A stretch of DNA of 64,000 nucleotides, taken from contig NC_090360.1 in NCBI RefSeq assembly GCF_035084215.1, positions 15,190,001 through 15,254,000 of the forward strand. Reading direction: 5' to 3'. Position numbers and translations under genes: made by a program. Below, piece by piece: positions 24,810-37,930 of this stretch (position 1 is the stretch's first letter; every line of letters starts with the position of its first letter). A model generated the notes under the pieces. The model did not search any database, was not told the origin of the DNA, and saw only the letters and a list, made by a program, of their open reading frames with translations. Origin of the DNA: Heptranchias perlo. Lineage: Eukaryota.

Positions 24810-25900
24810 CGGATCATAGGAATTGGCGAAAAAAGACCAAGGTCCATCTGGTTCGCCTCCTACCATCCTGGTCATCACATGATACAACAATAATGGAGCT
24901 GTTGACTAATCATGGCAATCAACCTCTATCAATTAGTCTACAACAGACCCAGACATGACTCGAGGAAAACCCCAGTGGTGGAGAACTTTGGGAACCACAG
25001 GTCCAGAGTCATCTGTTCCTCCCAAGCATGTTACACTTACCACATGGCATATCGCAAATTACTAATATATTGTATCCCAAAATGTTATTTTCTGAACGCA
25101 ATCTATCTAATTTGCTTTTGAATGAATTAATACTAACTGCTTCCACTGTCTCCCTAGGGAGTCTGTTCCATAGATTGACCACTCGCTCACTGAAATAATG
25201 GCCCCGATATTTATCGGGAGGGAGGCCCAAAACGGCCGAAGAACCTGGCAATGCCGAGGTCCTGCCGCACTTAACGGTAGGACCTCGTTAGAATTTTTTG
25301 GATCCGTTTCCCACCTGGCAGCCGGACAAATTGACAGCCTGGCTGGCGGCTGGGAGGGAAAACCAGAAGCAGAAGGCCACAACCGCGGACCCTTGGGGAC
25401 AGTCCCCGGCAATAGGTCGGACATCGCGGCCAGGATAGGGGGGTGGCGTGGTGGGGTGGAGAAGAGAGGACATCATGGCAGGGGGGAGAGAGAGGACGTC
25501 GGGGCTGGAGGGGGGAGCTCGGCGATCGGAGGGGGGGAAAAGAAAGGCCGCGATCGACAGAGGGGAGACTGACGGCTTCCTTGAGGGGCTGTGGGAATCA
25601 CTCCTGATCCTCCTGGCCCTTAAGGAGCGTTGAAAAAGACACTCACCCTATGGAGCCAGCAGCCCCCGTCTCCCTTTCACTGCCCCGTTTCCCAATCCAT
25701 GGGTACCATTTCGTGCATTTGACGGTTTAACCCCCCTCTCCCCCTGACCCTCTCCCGCCCATTGTGGGGGGCAGGGGTAATATCGAGGCCAATGTTTCTG
25801 CAGATTAGTTTTAAATTTACCCCCCTTCAAGCACAGGCCGTGTCCTTTGGTTCTACTGTGCTGGGGAAGGTGAGATAGCTTTTCATGATCTACATTACCA
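24810..25900 (-). mobile_element. CR1-clade LINE 3' fragment split by a MITE
   Basis: RTKGHGLCLKGGKFKTNLQKH|YFSERVVNLWNRLPRETVEAVSINSFKSKLD plus 3' UTR. Confidence 0.85.
25200..25790. mobile_element. 591-bp non-autonomous DNA transposon (PIF/Harbinger-superfamily-like MITE)
   Basis: TIRs GGCCCCGATATT / AATATCGAGGCC and 3-bp TSD AAT; removing it restores the interrupted CR1 frame. Confidence 0.85.
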
Positions 25901-27405
25901 AGTTAGACCCACCATCACCAGTAACAATACCTACTCCTATATAATTGTTGTTTGCTTTGTCTCCATCAAAAGATGATTTTAGAATCGTTCTATTTACAGA
26001 TGTGCTCCCAATAATCTGACAGATGCAATATGTTTTAGCTATTTGCCAGTGGGGCTCTGTGCTGTTTGTTCAATTTCCCAGCATGCTTCCGTTCAGTCAC
26101 TTCTGATTTATAATTGATGGATTTTCCCACTGTGCTCTTTCAATAGACCAACTAGTGTTGCAACCTAAAATGAATATATAAATTTTTATGCTGTAATTCG
26201 CCATTTATTTTTGAAACACAATGAACTTCCTCTGTGCTGGTTGATGGGATTTAACCTCAGAGGTTAGGCTGAGGGTCAGTAAGATTTTGTTTTTTCCCGA
26301 CAGCTCCTCTCTTAAAAGTGCTCATCCCTGTTGGGTTATGGTTCCATGGCATCAGCAGCCACCTGGTACCTCACTTGAGTGTGTGTGAGCCTAGATTGAG
26401 TCTAGCAGCAGGCTATTCTACTGTGGAGGACAACCCCCTCCCACCCACCACTTTCCGAGGTGGCGGGGGGGAGGGGGGGTGGCATTTAATTGTGATCAGA
26501 ACTGGCTGATTTTGTTCTCCCTAACCTGGAGACAGGGAGGCCATTGTAGCTCCCAACTGAGATCAGCATAGACCAGGAATTGAACCTGGCATCTTCTGGT
26601 CCAAATGTGTTCTTTGTCCCCAATTACAAAATGGAAAGTTGGAGCTGATTGAGGTTCCTACTGATGATCTGCAGGAATAGTGACGGCTAAACTGAAATTC
26701 ACAGGTTCAATGACAAGCCCTTTATTCATTCCACTTTATTTAATTGTTATTTAGATTTTCCCTTTGATAGGTCCTCACTCCTGATTCCCATCTCGCTACA
26801 TGTCCTTGTTCATCTGGAAAGCTGGGATGGCCTGATCAGGAGAACTGCTTTAGTGAGGACTGCGGGTCCCAGACAGACTGCACTGCTCCCTCTGATTCAT
26901 TCAATGCTCTTTCCCATTAATCAGTCATGGATGAGACTCAAACTTGACACTTACTTCTGAATCCCACTGCTACTATTAACAAGGTTTCTTCAATCCACAT
27001 AAGCAATTGGACATATTACATGTCGTCTCCATAAATACATTTTACAGTTTACTTAAAGAACAACCTCCAAAGGAGGAAATGCTGGCTGCAATATTTCTCT
27101 TTGTAGCATACATTTCCCAGGTGCTGCCAAGCGGAAATGGGGCGGGGACCTGATCTGCCAAGTGTCTTCCCCCTTTACGCTATCCCAGGATTTTCAGGGC
27201 TTCTCTAGATGGCGAGAGGAGGACCTGCCCCTGTGGTAGGTGTAGGCCCAGCACTGAAATGTTAATGAGGCTGGTGGGGAGGTTCTTGGCCCTCCTGCCT
27301 CATTTTCCTTCCAGTGCCACCTATGGGTGCCCACTTCCCGTGGCAGCCCAGGAAGTTGGTGCTGCGCCTTGCCCTAGGACACCCCTCAGAATGGAGGGTT
27401 CGGCA

Positions 27406-27695
27406 AAAACAGCAACAATAACTAGCATTTCTGCAGCGCTTTTAACGTAGGAAAACCTCCTGAGGCGCTTCACAGGAGTGCAATCAGACATAAATTGGCA
27501 CAGAGCCAAAGGAGACATTAGGACTGGTGCTCAAATGCTTGGTCAAAGAGGTAGGTTTTAAGCAGCATCTTAAAGGAGGAGAGAGAGGTGGTGAGGCGAA
27601 GAAGTTTCGGGAGGGAATTCCAGAGCTTAGGGTCTAGACGGCTGAAGGCACGGTCGCCAATGGTGGGGCGAAGGAAGTGGGAAAGGGCAAGAAGA
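27406..27695 (-). mobile_element. L2 LINE 3' fragment
   Basis: TIGDRAFSRLDPKLWNSLP..FKMLLKTYLFDQAF. Confidence 0.85.
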
Positions 27696-28344
27696 ACCCT
27701 ATAGGTAAGATTGCGGTTACCATTTTCGGGAACCCAGAAGATCTTTGGGCCTTGGGGCTTCGGACTTTGCTCTCCAACAGGAGACCCTAAGGCCAGCAGC
27801 TCGGCCTGCAACTGTGCTCGTGGTTCCGCCCGCAATTCCTGGCATTAGGCACTGCAGAGGCCGAGCCTGTGTCAGAGGTCAACCAGGCCTCGCTAATGGC
27901 TCTGTCCACCATATTTAGACACAAAGCAGGCAAAGGGGGAGGGGCAATATCAGGGCAAGAAACAATTTCCATCAGAATTTAATTTTATATCTATATATGG
28001 TATGACAAAAAAAAATCCTACTTGAAGCTTTGATTATTGCATCAGAAAAGTTTAAATCAACATTTTTCAAATTCAACTACGTGATAGACAGCATTAAACA
28101 GTTAGAAAAAGCAGCTTTCAACATCTTTATTCAGAAAGCTGCAGAGAACACTCAGTACTTGAAGGACAAAAGCAGTCTGTGATATGGAAGTGTTGCCATG
28201 CAAACCATTGAGTTGTCTGCAAGCATTCCACTCCTGAGCACTTGCGTTAACTAGGGAGACGCTCTGTGGAGGAAGAGCTACTTGATACGTTCTGGTTATT
28301 ATGCCTCTGTGGGGCTAATAAAGCATGCACTACTTAAATATTAC

Positions 28345-28438
28345 CATTCTTTTCTGAAGCAGGCACCATGTGCTGAGGTGAGGCTGGTCGTCCATCATTC
28401 TTGGTGACTTGCACTTTTGTATACTCTGTCTTCCATAG
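28345..28438 (-). CDS. WDFY4: WDFY4-like exon: LWKTEYTKVQVTKNDGRPASPQHMVPASEKN(G)
   Basis: Not in ORF track. ttctacttacAG / G|gtaata, 94 nt, phase 0-1; WKTE start as in recalled WDFY4; short linker unlike the long WDFY3 linker. Confidence 0.85.
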
Positions 28439-28616
28439 CTGTAAGTAGAAAATAGACCAGAGTTTTATAAAATTTCACCTCATGATTTGCAAGAAAAAAC
28501 AAACAACTCCGCACTAGATAAACACAAAAGAAACAAGCGAACTGCTTGGCCTGAATGGCACTTTTGAGCTGTTATGCAGCATACCTTTCTTGCAGAGAAA
28601 TCTAATTTGGATGAGC

Positions 28617-29129
28617 TCTGTAAACTTGAGCTCATCCAAAACTCTGCTGCCCCTATCCTAACTCGCACCAAGTCCCGATCACCCATCACCGCTGTGCTCA
28701 CTGACCAGCATTGGCTCCCAGTCCGGCAACGCCTCGATTTTAAAATTCTCATCCTTGTTTTCAAATTCCTCCATGGTCTTGCCCCACCCTATCGCTGTAA
28801 TCTCCTCCAGCCCTACAACCCTCCGAGATCTCTGCACTCCTCCAATCCTGGCCTCTTGCGCTTCCCCATCTGTCATCACTCCACCATTGGCGGCCGTGTC
28901 TTCAGCTGCCTAGGCCCTAAGCTCTGGAATTCCCTCCCTAAACCTCTCCGACTCTCTATCTCTCTCTTCTCTTGTAAGACGCTTCTTAAAATCTTCCTCT
29001 TTGACCAAGCTTTTGGTCACCTGTCCTAATATTTCCTTATGTGGCTCGGTGTCAAATTTTGTTTGATAACATCCCTGGGACATTTTACGACATTAAAGGC
29101 GCTATATAAATGCAAGTTGTTGTTGTTGG
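28617..29129 (+). mobile_element. L2 LINE 3' fragment
   Basis: LELIQNSAA.IL..HWLPVRQRLDFKIL..GLAP.Y..PKLWNSLP..KTLLK.FLF plus AAAGGCGCTATATAAATGCAAG(TTG)n tail. Confidence 0.92.
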
Positions 29130-30419
29130 CCCATGAATGAACCAAGGTCGAAGAGAAGAGAGGAGATGAGCTGAATTATAAAGCAGGGACACCATTCTTG
29201 GGTTTTAAAAGCCTGAGGATTTTGGAAGAAAAGACTGAGGGAGGGAAGCAGTTCCATGGTTCTTGAGATCTACAGAAAGACATGGGGACAATGCAATAAA
29301 TCATCATTTTAAGACAGAGAGGATGAAGAGGAGAGGAAAAATGTATATCATAAGTCTCGTCTTCAACACCTGCGACTGAAGGAATGTGCCTGTCAACTTA
29401 ATCTCTGTCACCCGTTCAATGAGGAGCTCGACACTGGGGTAAAATTCCAGATGGGCACAATCAGAATGGAAAATTCAGAGATGTTACACAAAGAAATGTA
29501 AACTGTCCAAGTCAGCTGTTTAACTCTTCAATGCGTGGACATTTTTAAATACTTAGTGCTTACATAAACTGGAATAAAGCAATTGCAAGGAAGTCTAATA
29601 AAACATGTACTTCGGGTTATGCTGTGTTCTCAGGGAAAGGTAAAACAATTCCAAATATTGCTCATTAAGGGATCATAAGAAATGAAATCCATTACCTATT
29701 TGTCAAACATACCAGCAACATAAAAGGTTTCAAGTATTGTTCTTATCATTTAAATTTTACAAATGAGGAAGATAAATGCAATATAGAAAGATAGCTATGG
29801 GCTGTATATGGTTCCCACAGTGTCTCTCCGATGTAAACGATCCTGTTTTAGAAAAAGGGAATATGTTGTAAATGGATATAGAAAGCCGCAGGGGGAAAGG
29901 TAACTAATGCAGCAGTTGTTTGCATTGTGCAGCTGGACTGCAAAACATAGTGCCGAGGGTGAAATAAGCCAAAGGCCTGCACACTGATTATAATCTCATT
30001 TTCTCCTGTGATGTTCTTTGCTAAAAGTAATAGCTTCCCTCCTGCCCTAAAGGCACTGGCTCATACTGGTTCCATGGGTGCTGGCATGGACCTCTGCTTC
30101 CTTGCGTCCAGGTGTCGCTGAATGTCAGTCAGGAGTGAGAACCTTGGCTGATTTTCCATCCCCCCATTTCCCCAACCCCGTCCCCATCCCATCCCCCGTC
30201 CCGTCCCGCCCATGTCCAACTGCTGCCCTGGTTCGGCACAGACTAGGGATGGACCCTGGGGCCTTGCTGGTCCGTATGGATCAGTACCACACTAAGGGCT
30301 GCATTAACCCGATGCTGAGTTTTGTGTGACGGGGCACAGATCGGGAATTTAGGACTGGGGGTCAGGCACCCGATTTGCGACCTGCATGATTTTCATCCAC
30401 TTTTGTGAAATCAGCAGTT

Positions 30420-30762
30420 TCTGGACAATTAGTGTTGCAATGTAGGGAATTGCAGCAGCCAATTTCCACAAACAGAAGTGAGATAAAAATCTGTACAATC
30501 TGTTTTAGTGGTTTTGGTTGAGGTATAGATATTGGCCAGAACACCAGGAGAACTCCAAGGCTACCATGGGATCTTTTACATCCACCCGAGAGGGCAGTTT
30601 AACATCTCATCCAAAAGACAGCACCTCCGACAGTGCAGCACTCCCTCAATACAGCGCTGGAGGGTCAGTCTGGATTATATACTCAAGTCTCCATAGTGGG
30701 ACTTGAACCCACAACCTTCTGACTAAAAAGCAAACGTGCTACCAACTGAGCCACAGCTGACA
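30420..30762 (-). mobile_element. SacSINE1-like SINE
   Basis: Head TGTCAGCTGTGGCTCAGTTGGTA..GGTTCAAGTCCC and body. Confidence 0.8.
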
Positions 30763-31214
30763 TTGGTGCAAATAGCAAATGATTAGCACCCTTGAGTTAA
30801 TCTGAACATTATGCACTTCAATCCAACAATTACAATTGGTGATTAGTGAAGCAACACTCAACATTGTTGTACGACATTCCTTTGTTCATTATTTTAGTCG
30901 AGGCATTAACAAAATAAACAGTGCAATTGCATTAAAATAGCAGAGGAATATCATAAAAAGACATTAATAAGAACGACAGCCCTCAGGCTATCACCTTTTT
31001 CCTTCCATTTGCTGATGTTTAAGGCTCGTTCCAAAGGCTGTTCAGCACAGGCCGGATCTCTCAGAAGCTTTCATCCTGTCCCAGACCATTAGGGTAGGAT
31101 TCTGCACTTCAGCATTCCTGACTAACATTACGAGTGCTTATTTTGAAATTCTGCACACCCGGGCCTTGATTTTCCGACCACGGCAATTGTAATAGTCACC
31201 AATAAATCCAATCA

Positions 31215-31475
31215 GTCACTAGTAAATCCAATAAGGAATTCAGGAGAAACTTCTTTACCAGAGAGTGGTGATAATGTGGAACACGCTGTCACATGGAGTG
31301 GTTGAGGCGAATAGCACAGATGCATTTAAGGGGAAGCTACATAAACACATGAGGGAGAAAGGAAGAGGAGGTTATGCTGATAGGGTGAGATGAAGAAGAG
31401 TGAGAGGAGGCTCATGTAAACACTGGCGTGGACCAAATGGTTTCTGTGCTGTAAATTCCATGTAATTCTATGTAA
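31215..31475 (+). mobile_element. CR1 3' fragment
   Basis: REFRRNFF..AFKGKL motif and ATTCTATGT tail; same subfamily as 32635-32905, 39655-40122, 17975-18110. Confidence 0.82.
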
Positions 31476-31554
31476 ATTAAACAGGTCATTTCTTTTGAAA
31501 AGCAGTTCACAAACTGCCAGCCTTTACCTGCTGCTGGCTATTGGTGACACTTAC

Positions 31555-31737
31555 TCGTAAAACGCCGTCAGCACATCCTGTTACAACAACATTACGAGAG
31601 TCCCATTCATGCACTTCTGTGAAACAGCAACACAGAATCTCATCCGTCGGCTCTGAGGATGTGTTAATACTTGTGATGGCTTGCCCGTTGATAGTCCACA
31701 GGTACAGGTGTGTTCCTGCACAGGAGACGATGTCGCC
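31555..31737 (-). CDS. WDFY4: WDFY4-like exon (WD40): GDIVSCAGTHLYLWTINGQ...VVVTGCADGVLR
   Basis: tttcAG / CGA|gtaagt, 183 nt, phase 0-0. Confidence 0.93.
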
Positions 31738-31949
31738 CTGAAATAATAAAGCAGTGAATGGTGAGCTCACTAAATACCACTGGACTGTACGTCCAGATCT
31801 ACAGTGTGTTAGGGTGCAGGAGCAATCTTGGCTTCCAGTTTCCTGCCCTTCCCTCCTGAAGGTGTGACTCTTGTTGCAGTACAGCTCCATGGGTTTGGTA
31901 CTCCTCCCAGACTCCAGCGTTCTGCCAATATCTCGGCCAAGTGGTACTT

Positions 31950-32250
31950 GCAGTTTTGAAATTTGCAATTGACCCCCAGCCTCAACAGCTTTTTGGGGGG
32001 AGAGAGTTCCAGATTTCCACCACCCTTTGTGTGAAGAAGTGCTTCCTGACATCATCCCTGAACGGCCTAGCTCTAATTTTAAGGTTATGCCCCCTTGTTC
32101 TGGACTCCCCCACCAGAGGAAATAGTTTCTCTCTCTCTCTCTACCCTATCAAATCCTTTAATTGTCTTAAACACCTCAATTAAAATCACCCCTAAATCTT
32201 CTATACTCAAGGGAGTACAAGCCCAGTCTATGCAACCTCATAATTTAACC
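31950..32250 (-). mobile_element. CR1 fragment
   Basis: Reverse complement of RTRGHNLKIRARPFR..RKHFFTQRVV. Confidence 0.82.
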
Positions 32251-32634
32251 CGGGCAGCCCTTAAAAATGCTGCCCACTGATTTAAACTGCATTTGAACTG
32301 GCGGAACGACCAAGCTGTTTGCTTATTCATGACAAAGATCTTATAACTCACGTGCACTGATACTGCTAGTGAAGGTGGGTCTTTGATGTGAATTAAATAA
32401 TATTCCTGCTGCTGTAATATGGCTAAAAGTACAGCATAATCACACATCAGATGGGATCAGTTCAGATCATTCCAACTACATTTTCCACCACAATGCAGGG
32501 GGGCTGGGGGATCTTCAGAGTCCCCAAAGTGTTGATCTTATGCATGCGATAAACCGAAGCTTTGGGCACAACACTGAAGATGAGTACAATCCAAAGAGCA
32601 AAAGAAAGAATAACTTTCTTCTAAATATAAGATA

Positions 32635-32905
32635 GTCACTAATTAATCCAATAGGGAATTCAGGAGAAACTTCCTTACCCAGAGAGTGGTAAAAATTTGA
32701 GACTTGCTATCACAAGGAGTAGTTGAGCTGAATATCATAGATGCATTTAAGGGGAAGCTAGAAATGCAGATGAAGGAGAAAGGAATAGATGAAGAGGAGT
32801 GGGAGAAGGCTCGTGTGGAGCATAAACGCCGGCATAGACCAATTGGGCCGAATGGCCTGTTTCTGTGCTGTAGACTCGATGTAACTCTTTGTAATCCTAT
32901 GTAAT
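32635..32905 (+). mobile_element. CR1 3' fragment
   Basis: SQGVVE..IDAFKGKL and GGCCGAATGGCCTGTTTCTGTGCTG 3' motif. Confidence 0.8.
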
Positions 32906-33554
32906 AAGGTGTGCAATGAGAAAAGTCTGACACAAGATTTTATCCTGCAAAAATTCTGATGGATAATAAAGGTTTCAATATGCCTATTGCAGTTTCATCA
33001 CGTAAAACTGTATCTGAAACCGACTGCAAGTGGAGTGATGCCAATCCCAGATTTGATGGGAGAGTTTGGCAGCCATGCCATTTGTCCTCATTTTTGCATG
33101 AATGGTGTTTTTGATAGAATCGAAAAACTGTAAAAGAATGGCAGACTGCTGTAGTCTAAGCCCCTTCCCTTTTCCTTTTTATTGAGACTTTTGAAATGTT
33201 TTCTGTTTCTATGCTAAACAACTTTCTTGCTTGTTAACTGTAAATTCTTGACAAAGACAGTGTCCTGGCACTAACAGGGTCTCTGTGGTCATTGGCCCCC
33301 GGATTAGAAATCTTAGATTTTGGTCTTTGTTTCGGTCCTCTCGAAACTCATAAGCAGCCAATGTGGGACTAGGGCAGATAAGCCCATAATGTGAGACAAA
33401 TAGCTGGAGTGTCTACTCAATAACCACAAGATGGAATAACTGCCCACAATACCAGATACAATTACAATGAGGTAACTATGATGAGGGACAGATGCTGTCC
33501 ATGACGTGGATGGTTTGTACTGTTGACTCTAATTTTAAAGATACATGACCCCGG

Positions 33555-34000
33555 TGTCAGCTGTGGTTCAGTTGGTATCACGCTCGCTTCTGAAGGTTGT
33601 GGGTTCAAGTCCCACTCCAAAGACTTGAGCTCATCACCCAGGTTGACCCTCCAGCGCTATACTGAATGAGTGCTGCACTGTCGGAGGTGCTGTCTTTTGG
33701 ATGAGATGTTAAATCAAGGCCCCGTTTGCCCTCTCAGGTGGACGTAAAAGATCCCATGGCACTATTCGAAGAAGAGCAGGGGAGTTTATCCACGGTGTCC
33801 TGACTAATATTTATCCCTCAACCAACATCACTAAACAACAGATGATCTGGTCATTCAATTCATTGCTGTTTCTGGGATCTTACTGTGCACAAATTGGCTG
33901 CTGTGTTTCCTACATTACAACAGTGACTATACTTCAAAAAGTACTTCATTAGCTGTAAAGTGCTTTGGGACGTCCTGAGGTCATGAAAGCAAGTCTTTGT
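33555..34000 (+). mobile_element. SacSINE1-like SINE
   Basis: Full length with A/B-box-like head. Confidence 0.88.
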
Positions 34001-34494
34001 TTTTTTAGTATCCTTTGTAATAATGAACAACCAACTAACGTATTGAATCAGCATCTGCAGAGACCCTGTCTGTCTTACCCCATTATACCCCAAAGGACAG
34101 CCACCACTATCAGGACTCCTTGGAGACAGAGGTGGCATCACTGACAGGAAATTGCTGTCTGCAACCAGGAGCAACTCCATTGATTGCAACAGGTGCCATC
34201 CACTTTGGACCTCTTTGCGAGACTGATCCTGACTGTCTGACACCAGGAAAGCAAACAACCGTTTGTATATGCACAGCATATGTTTATGAATATACATTAG
34301 TAAATCTCTCACAATGTAGGACTCCCTCAGTACTGCACTGAAGTGTCAGCCTAAATTCTATGCTTCAATCCGAGAGCTACGACCTTACTAAGTCAGAGGC
34401 AAGACTACTACCATTAAGCCAAGCTGTTTTCCAGTCTATTTTACATAGATGGGACCTAATGCAAACTTATTAGTAACTATAATAATGTCTTCCT

Positions 34495-34660
34495 ATATCG
34501 TTGCTGGGTCAATATCCTAAAATTCCCTACCCAACACCATTGTGCGAGCACCATCACCACAAGGACTGCATTAGTTCAAGGAGAAGACCCCTCACATGGG
34601 GCAGCTAGGGATGGGCAATAAAGCAGAAAGTGTCACCCACATCTCATCAACAAATGTATA
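34495..34660 (+). mobile_element. 3' end of a distinct CR1-group LINE
   Basis: GGGTCAA..CCT..AATTCCCTACCCAAC..GGACTGCA..GTTCAAG..TAGGGATGGGCAATAAA tail recalled from shark repeats. Confidence 0.55.
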
Positions 34661-37274
34661 TTAAAAAAGACCTAGTCTGACTCTGACTGGTGTGAGTTTG
34701 AAAAGCAACACTATCATTTATTAACTGTATTGCAAAGTCTCAACACCTCCAGAGCAACGTAACAACTACACTTTTTAAGATACAGAATTTCATTTGTACA
34801 GGATTAGTACTTTCAGCTTTATTTCTGTTGATTTTGATAACATTTTACAATACTCACAGACAAAATCTATTTTTTAAGTAACAACATTAAATGGTGGAAT
34901 ATATAGAGGCTGTGTTCTGAGACATTCAAGGTTTGAGGGACACTCCAAGTTGACTAACCTGCCGTTCAGTCAAATACCAACGATTTCCTACCCATGAGCA
35001 CACTCAAAGACAAAATGGCTGACAGAGGACAGGGACTGAAAAGATTGTCTTGCTTTAATTTTTTTTTAAAAGGGCGACAGCTCACTCTGACATGTGGGGG
35101 ATGGGGCAATGAGATCGTGCATGGCTGAAAATATTGGGATCAAAGGCCCAGTTGGAGGTTCTGAGGTTTGGGAATGGAGGAGCAGCCAAACCCGAAGTCC
35201 TTGGGAGAAGAAAGGCCCATCTGAGGGAAAGTTGCTTTGGATATCGGGAGACAGGATGGCCGAGATTATTGATAAGTTTTGTGATTTTTTTTGTTCTTCT
35301 TACCAGTTGAATTTTTAACACTATAATTTAGGGAGATATAATGGAGTAAGAAGGCAACTAGATTAGCCAGGTGGAGCTGTAATGATGAACACTGGCTGGA
35401 ATATAAAAGCCCTCCGTTGTCATTTACTTTCTCATGGCTAGAGACAGCTGGCCACCTTGTTGGATGTTTTGAACTGAAATACATTAGCTCATTGAAAGTG
35501 ATGAGATTGATAGGTTTTTGTTAGGCAAAGGGTATTAAGAGTTACGGAACCATGGCAGCTAGATGGAGTTAAGATACAGATCAGCCATGATCTAATTGAA
35601 TGGCGGAACAGGCTCGAGGGGCTGAATGGTCTACTTCCATTTCTGTGTTCTTATGTTTGTGCCAGCTGTCGGAGGCTGGGGCAAGGTAACAGGTGCGTGC
35701 CTCTTGGTCTGCGCATGTAACGCTCTGCCTTCCCCATGTCCATGGTGGCAAGAGTAGGCACTGAGAACGTGTCCCTGCCATCGTGAAGAGAGATATGGGG
35801 GGGGGGGGCGGGGAGGGTGAATTCCCTCAGTTCTCCCACTTCGCCACCGTAACTTGTGCGTAAGTTTGACGGGAGCCTGTTTACGTGTAAGGTTTCCGTA
35901 GGAGAAGTGGCACTGAAATTCATCCCATGACGTTGCACCTCCCTCCCCCACCTCCTCATCCAGTAAAAGATTCAGGTCGTTAAAGTTAATCAGCCATCTT
36001 ACAACTGATCGGCTGACAGAATTAAAATCACTGGTATCACAACCATGATTTTAATGTTTTACATTTTGAATTTGCTGATTTTAGATCACCCAATTTTTAT
36101 GACACTTGAACGAATCAAACACAGAACCAATTTCCGTTGGCTGACTTATGAATCCGCCAATCCTGGGTGAAACGCAACTAAAATAAGATCATCCCATTAA
36201 TCCTTAGTGAAATAACAAAAGCAAGGCCATTCCCATCTCTGACACTACAAACAGGGTAATAAACTTTAGGCAGCTCTAAATATTTTTAAATTGCAAAAGA
36301 TTATACTCTCCACAATATCATAAATTTTTATTACAGTATAATTTGCAGTCGAGGATATTACTCAGCTTTAAATGGCTCCTGTGGCAATAAAACATCATAA
36401 GAACAAGACAACCACACTCTGCTCACAACAGGAGAGGAAAAAAATCTCTAAACAGTTTAACGTTATCACAAGTAGTACTTGCAGCAATATTATTCCGTGT
36501 AATAACATATATCACGCAAACAGCCAGCCCCGCTACTTCCCCCATTGTGTAGCTCTTCAGGTGTTGCCAAACATCATCGTTAGCTCTCAACCTCAATGCC
36601 CTCTCTACTGCACTCCCAATCTGCTACATCCTTCTACCGGCCGTTAGACCTCTCATCCCCAGCCTCGACTCCCATAAATTCCCAACACTCCACCTCCACT
36701 GCATCACGGTTCCAACCACGTCACTGCACTCAGTGGACAAGTCCGCTTGTTTCCTTGGTGGCAGATTAGGCCACTTTAATGTCCTTCACGGCAGTGAATG
36801 CTTCAGATCGTAGCCTGTGTATATTCATACGTGTAGCCACCATTTGATTCTGTGCAACTTTCGGAACTCTTAACATTGTAATCGCCTAAAGTCTTGATTC
36901 TTTTAGGAACAACCTCATTGTCTATTCAAATAAAGTCTATCTAAATAATTCAAAATTATGCGTAGGGCACGGATCTGGCTCCCAGTGAGCCAACATGTAT
37001 CGGCCCATTTTATACGCCACTGCTGGTGTCAGTTTGATGCCTAAGAAGATGCCTCAACCAGGAGTGGAGCGTTAAAAGCCGCAGTGGGTATAACAGAAGA
37101 TTTTGGTCAGCGTTACACAGCTTAGTTTTGAGCCTTGTCTATCTCGCAATCGGGTAATGGTGTAAAAGTTAACAGCGTTCTGTTTTGAGGATGCCAGGAT
37201 GAAACACAAAGGGCAAATTCACCGACCTCACCATCCCCTGTGGGGAAGCCACGCTCAAAGGGAGCTCCAGTAGG

Positions 37275-37930
37275 AAACATAGAAAATAGGAGCAAGAGTA
37301 GGCCATTCGGCCCTTCGAGCCTGCTCCACCATTCAAAATGATCATGGCTGATCGTCTAACTCAGTACCCTGTTCTCGCTTTTTCCCCATATCCCTTGAGA
37401 ATTAAGAAATATATCTATCTCCTTCTTGAATACATCTAATGGCTTGGCCTCCACTGCCTTCTGTAGTAGAGAATTCCACAGGTTCACCACCCTCTGAGTG
37501 AAGAAATTTCTCCTCATCTCGGTTCTAAATGGCATACCCCGTATCCTGAGACTGTGACCCCTGGTTCTGGACTCCCCAGCCATCTAGAACATCCTCCCTG
37601 CATCTAGTCTGTCTAGTCCTGTTAGAATTTTATATGTTTCGATGAGATCATCTCTCATTCTTCTAAACTCTAGTGAATATAGGCCTAGTTGACCCAATCT
37701 CTCCTCATACGTCAGTCCTGCCATCCCAGGAATCAGTATGGTAAACCTTTGTTGCACTCCCTCCAATGGCAAGGACATCCTTCCTCAGATAAGGAGACCA
37801 AAACTGCTCACAATACTCCAGATGTGGTCTCACCAAGGCCCTGTAAGACACCCCTGTTCCTGTACTCAAATCGTCTTGCAATGAACGCCAACATACCATT
37901 CCCCTTCCTAACTGCTTACTGCACCTGAAT
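37275..37930 (-). mobile_element. CR1 LINE 3' fragment
   Basis: LVRPHLEYC.QFWSPYLRKD, RRMRDDLIE and RTRGHSL..FFTQRVVNLWNSL across frameshifted ORFs. Confidence 0.92.

Noticed and set aside
35060-35300. Possible Penelope reverse transcriptase remnant
   Set aside because: Similarity by eye is too weak to support.
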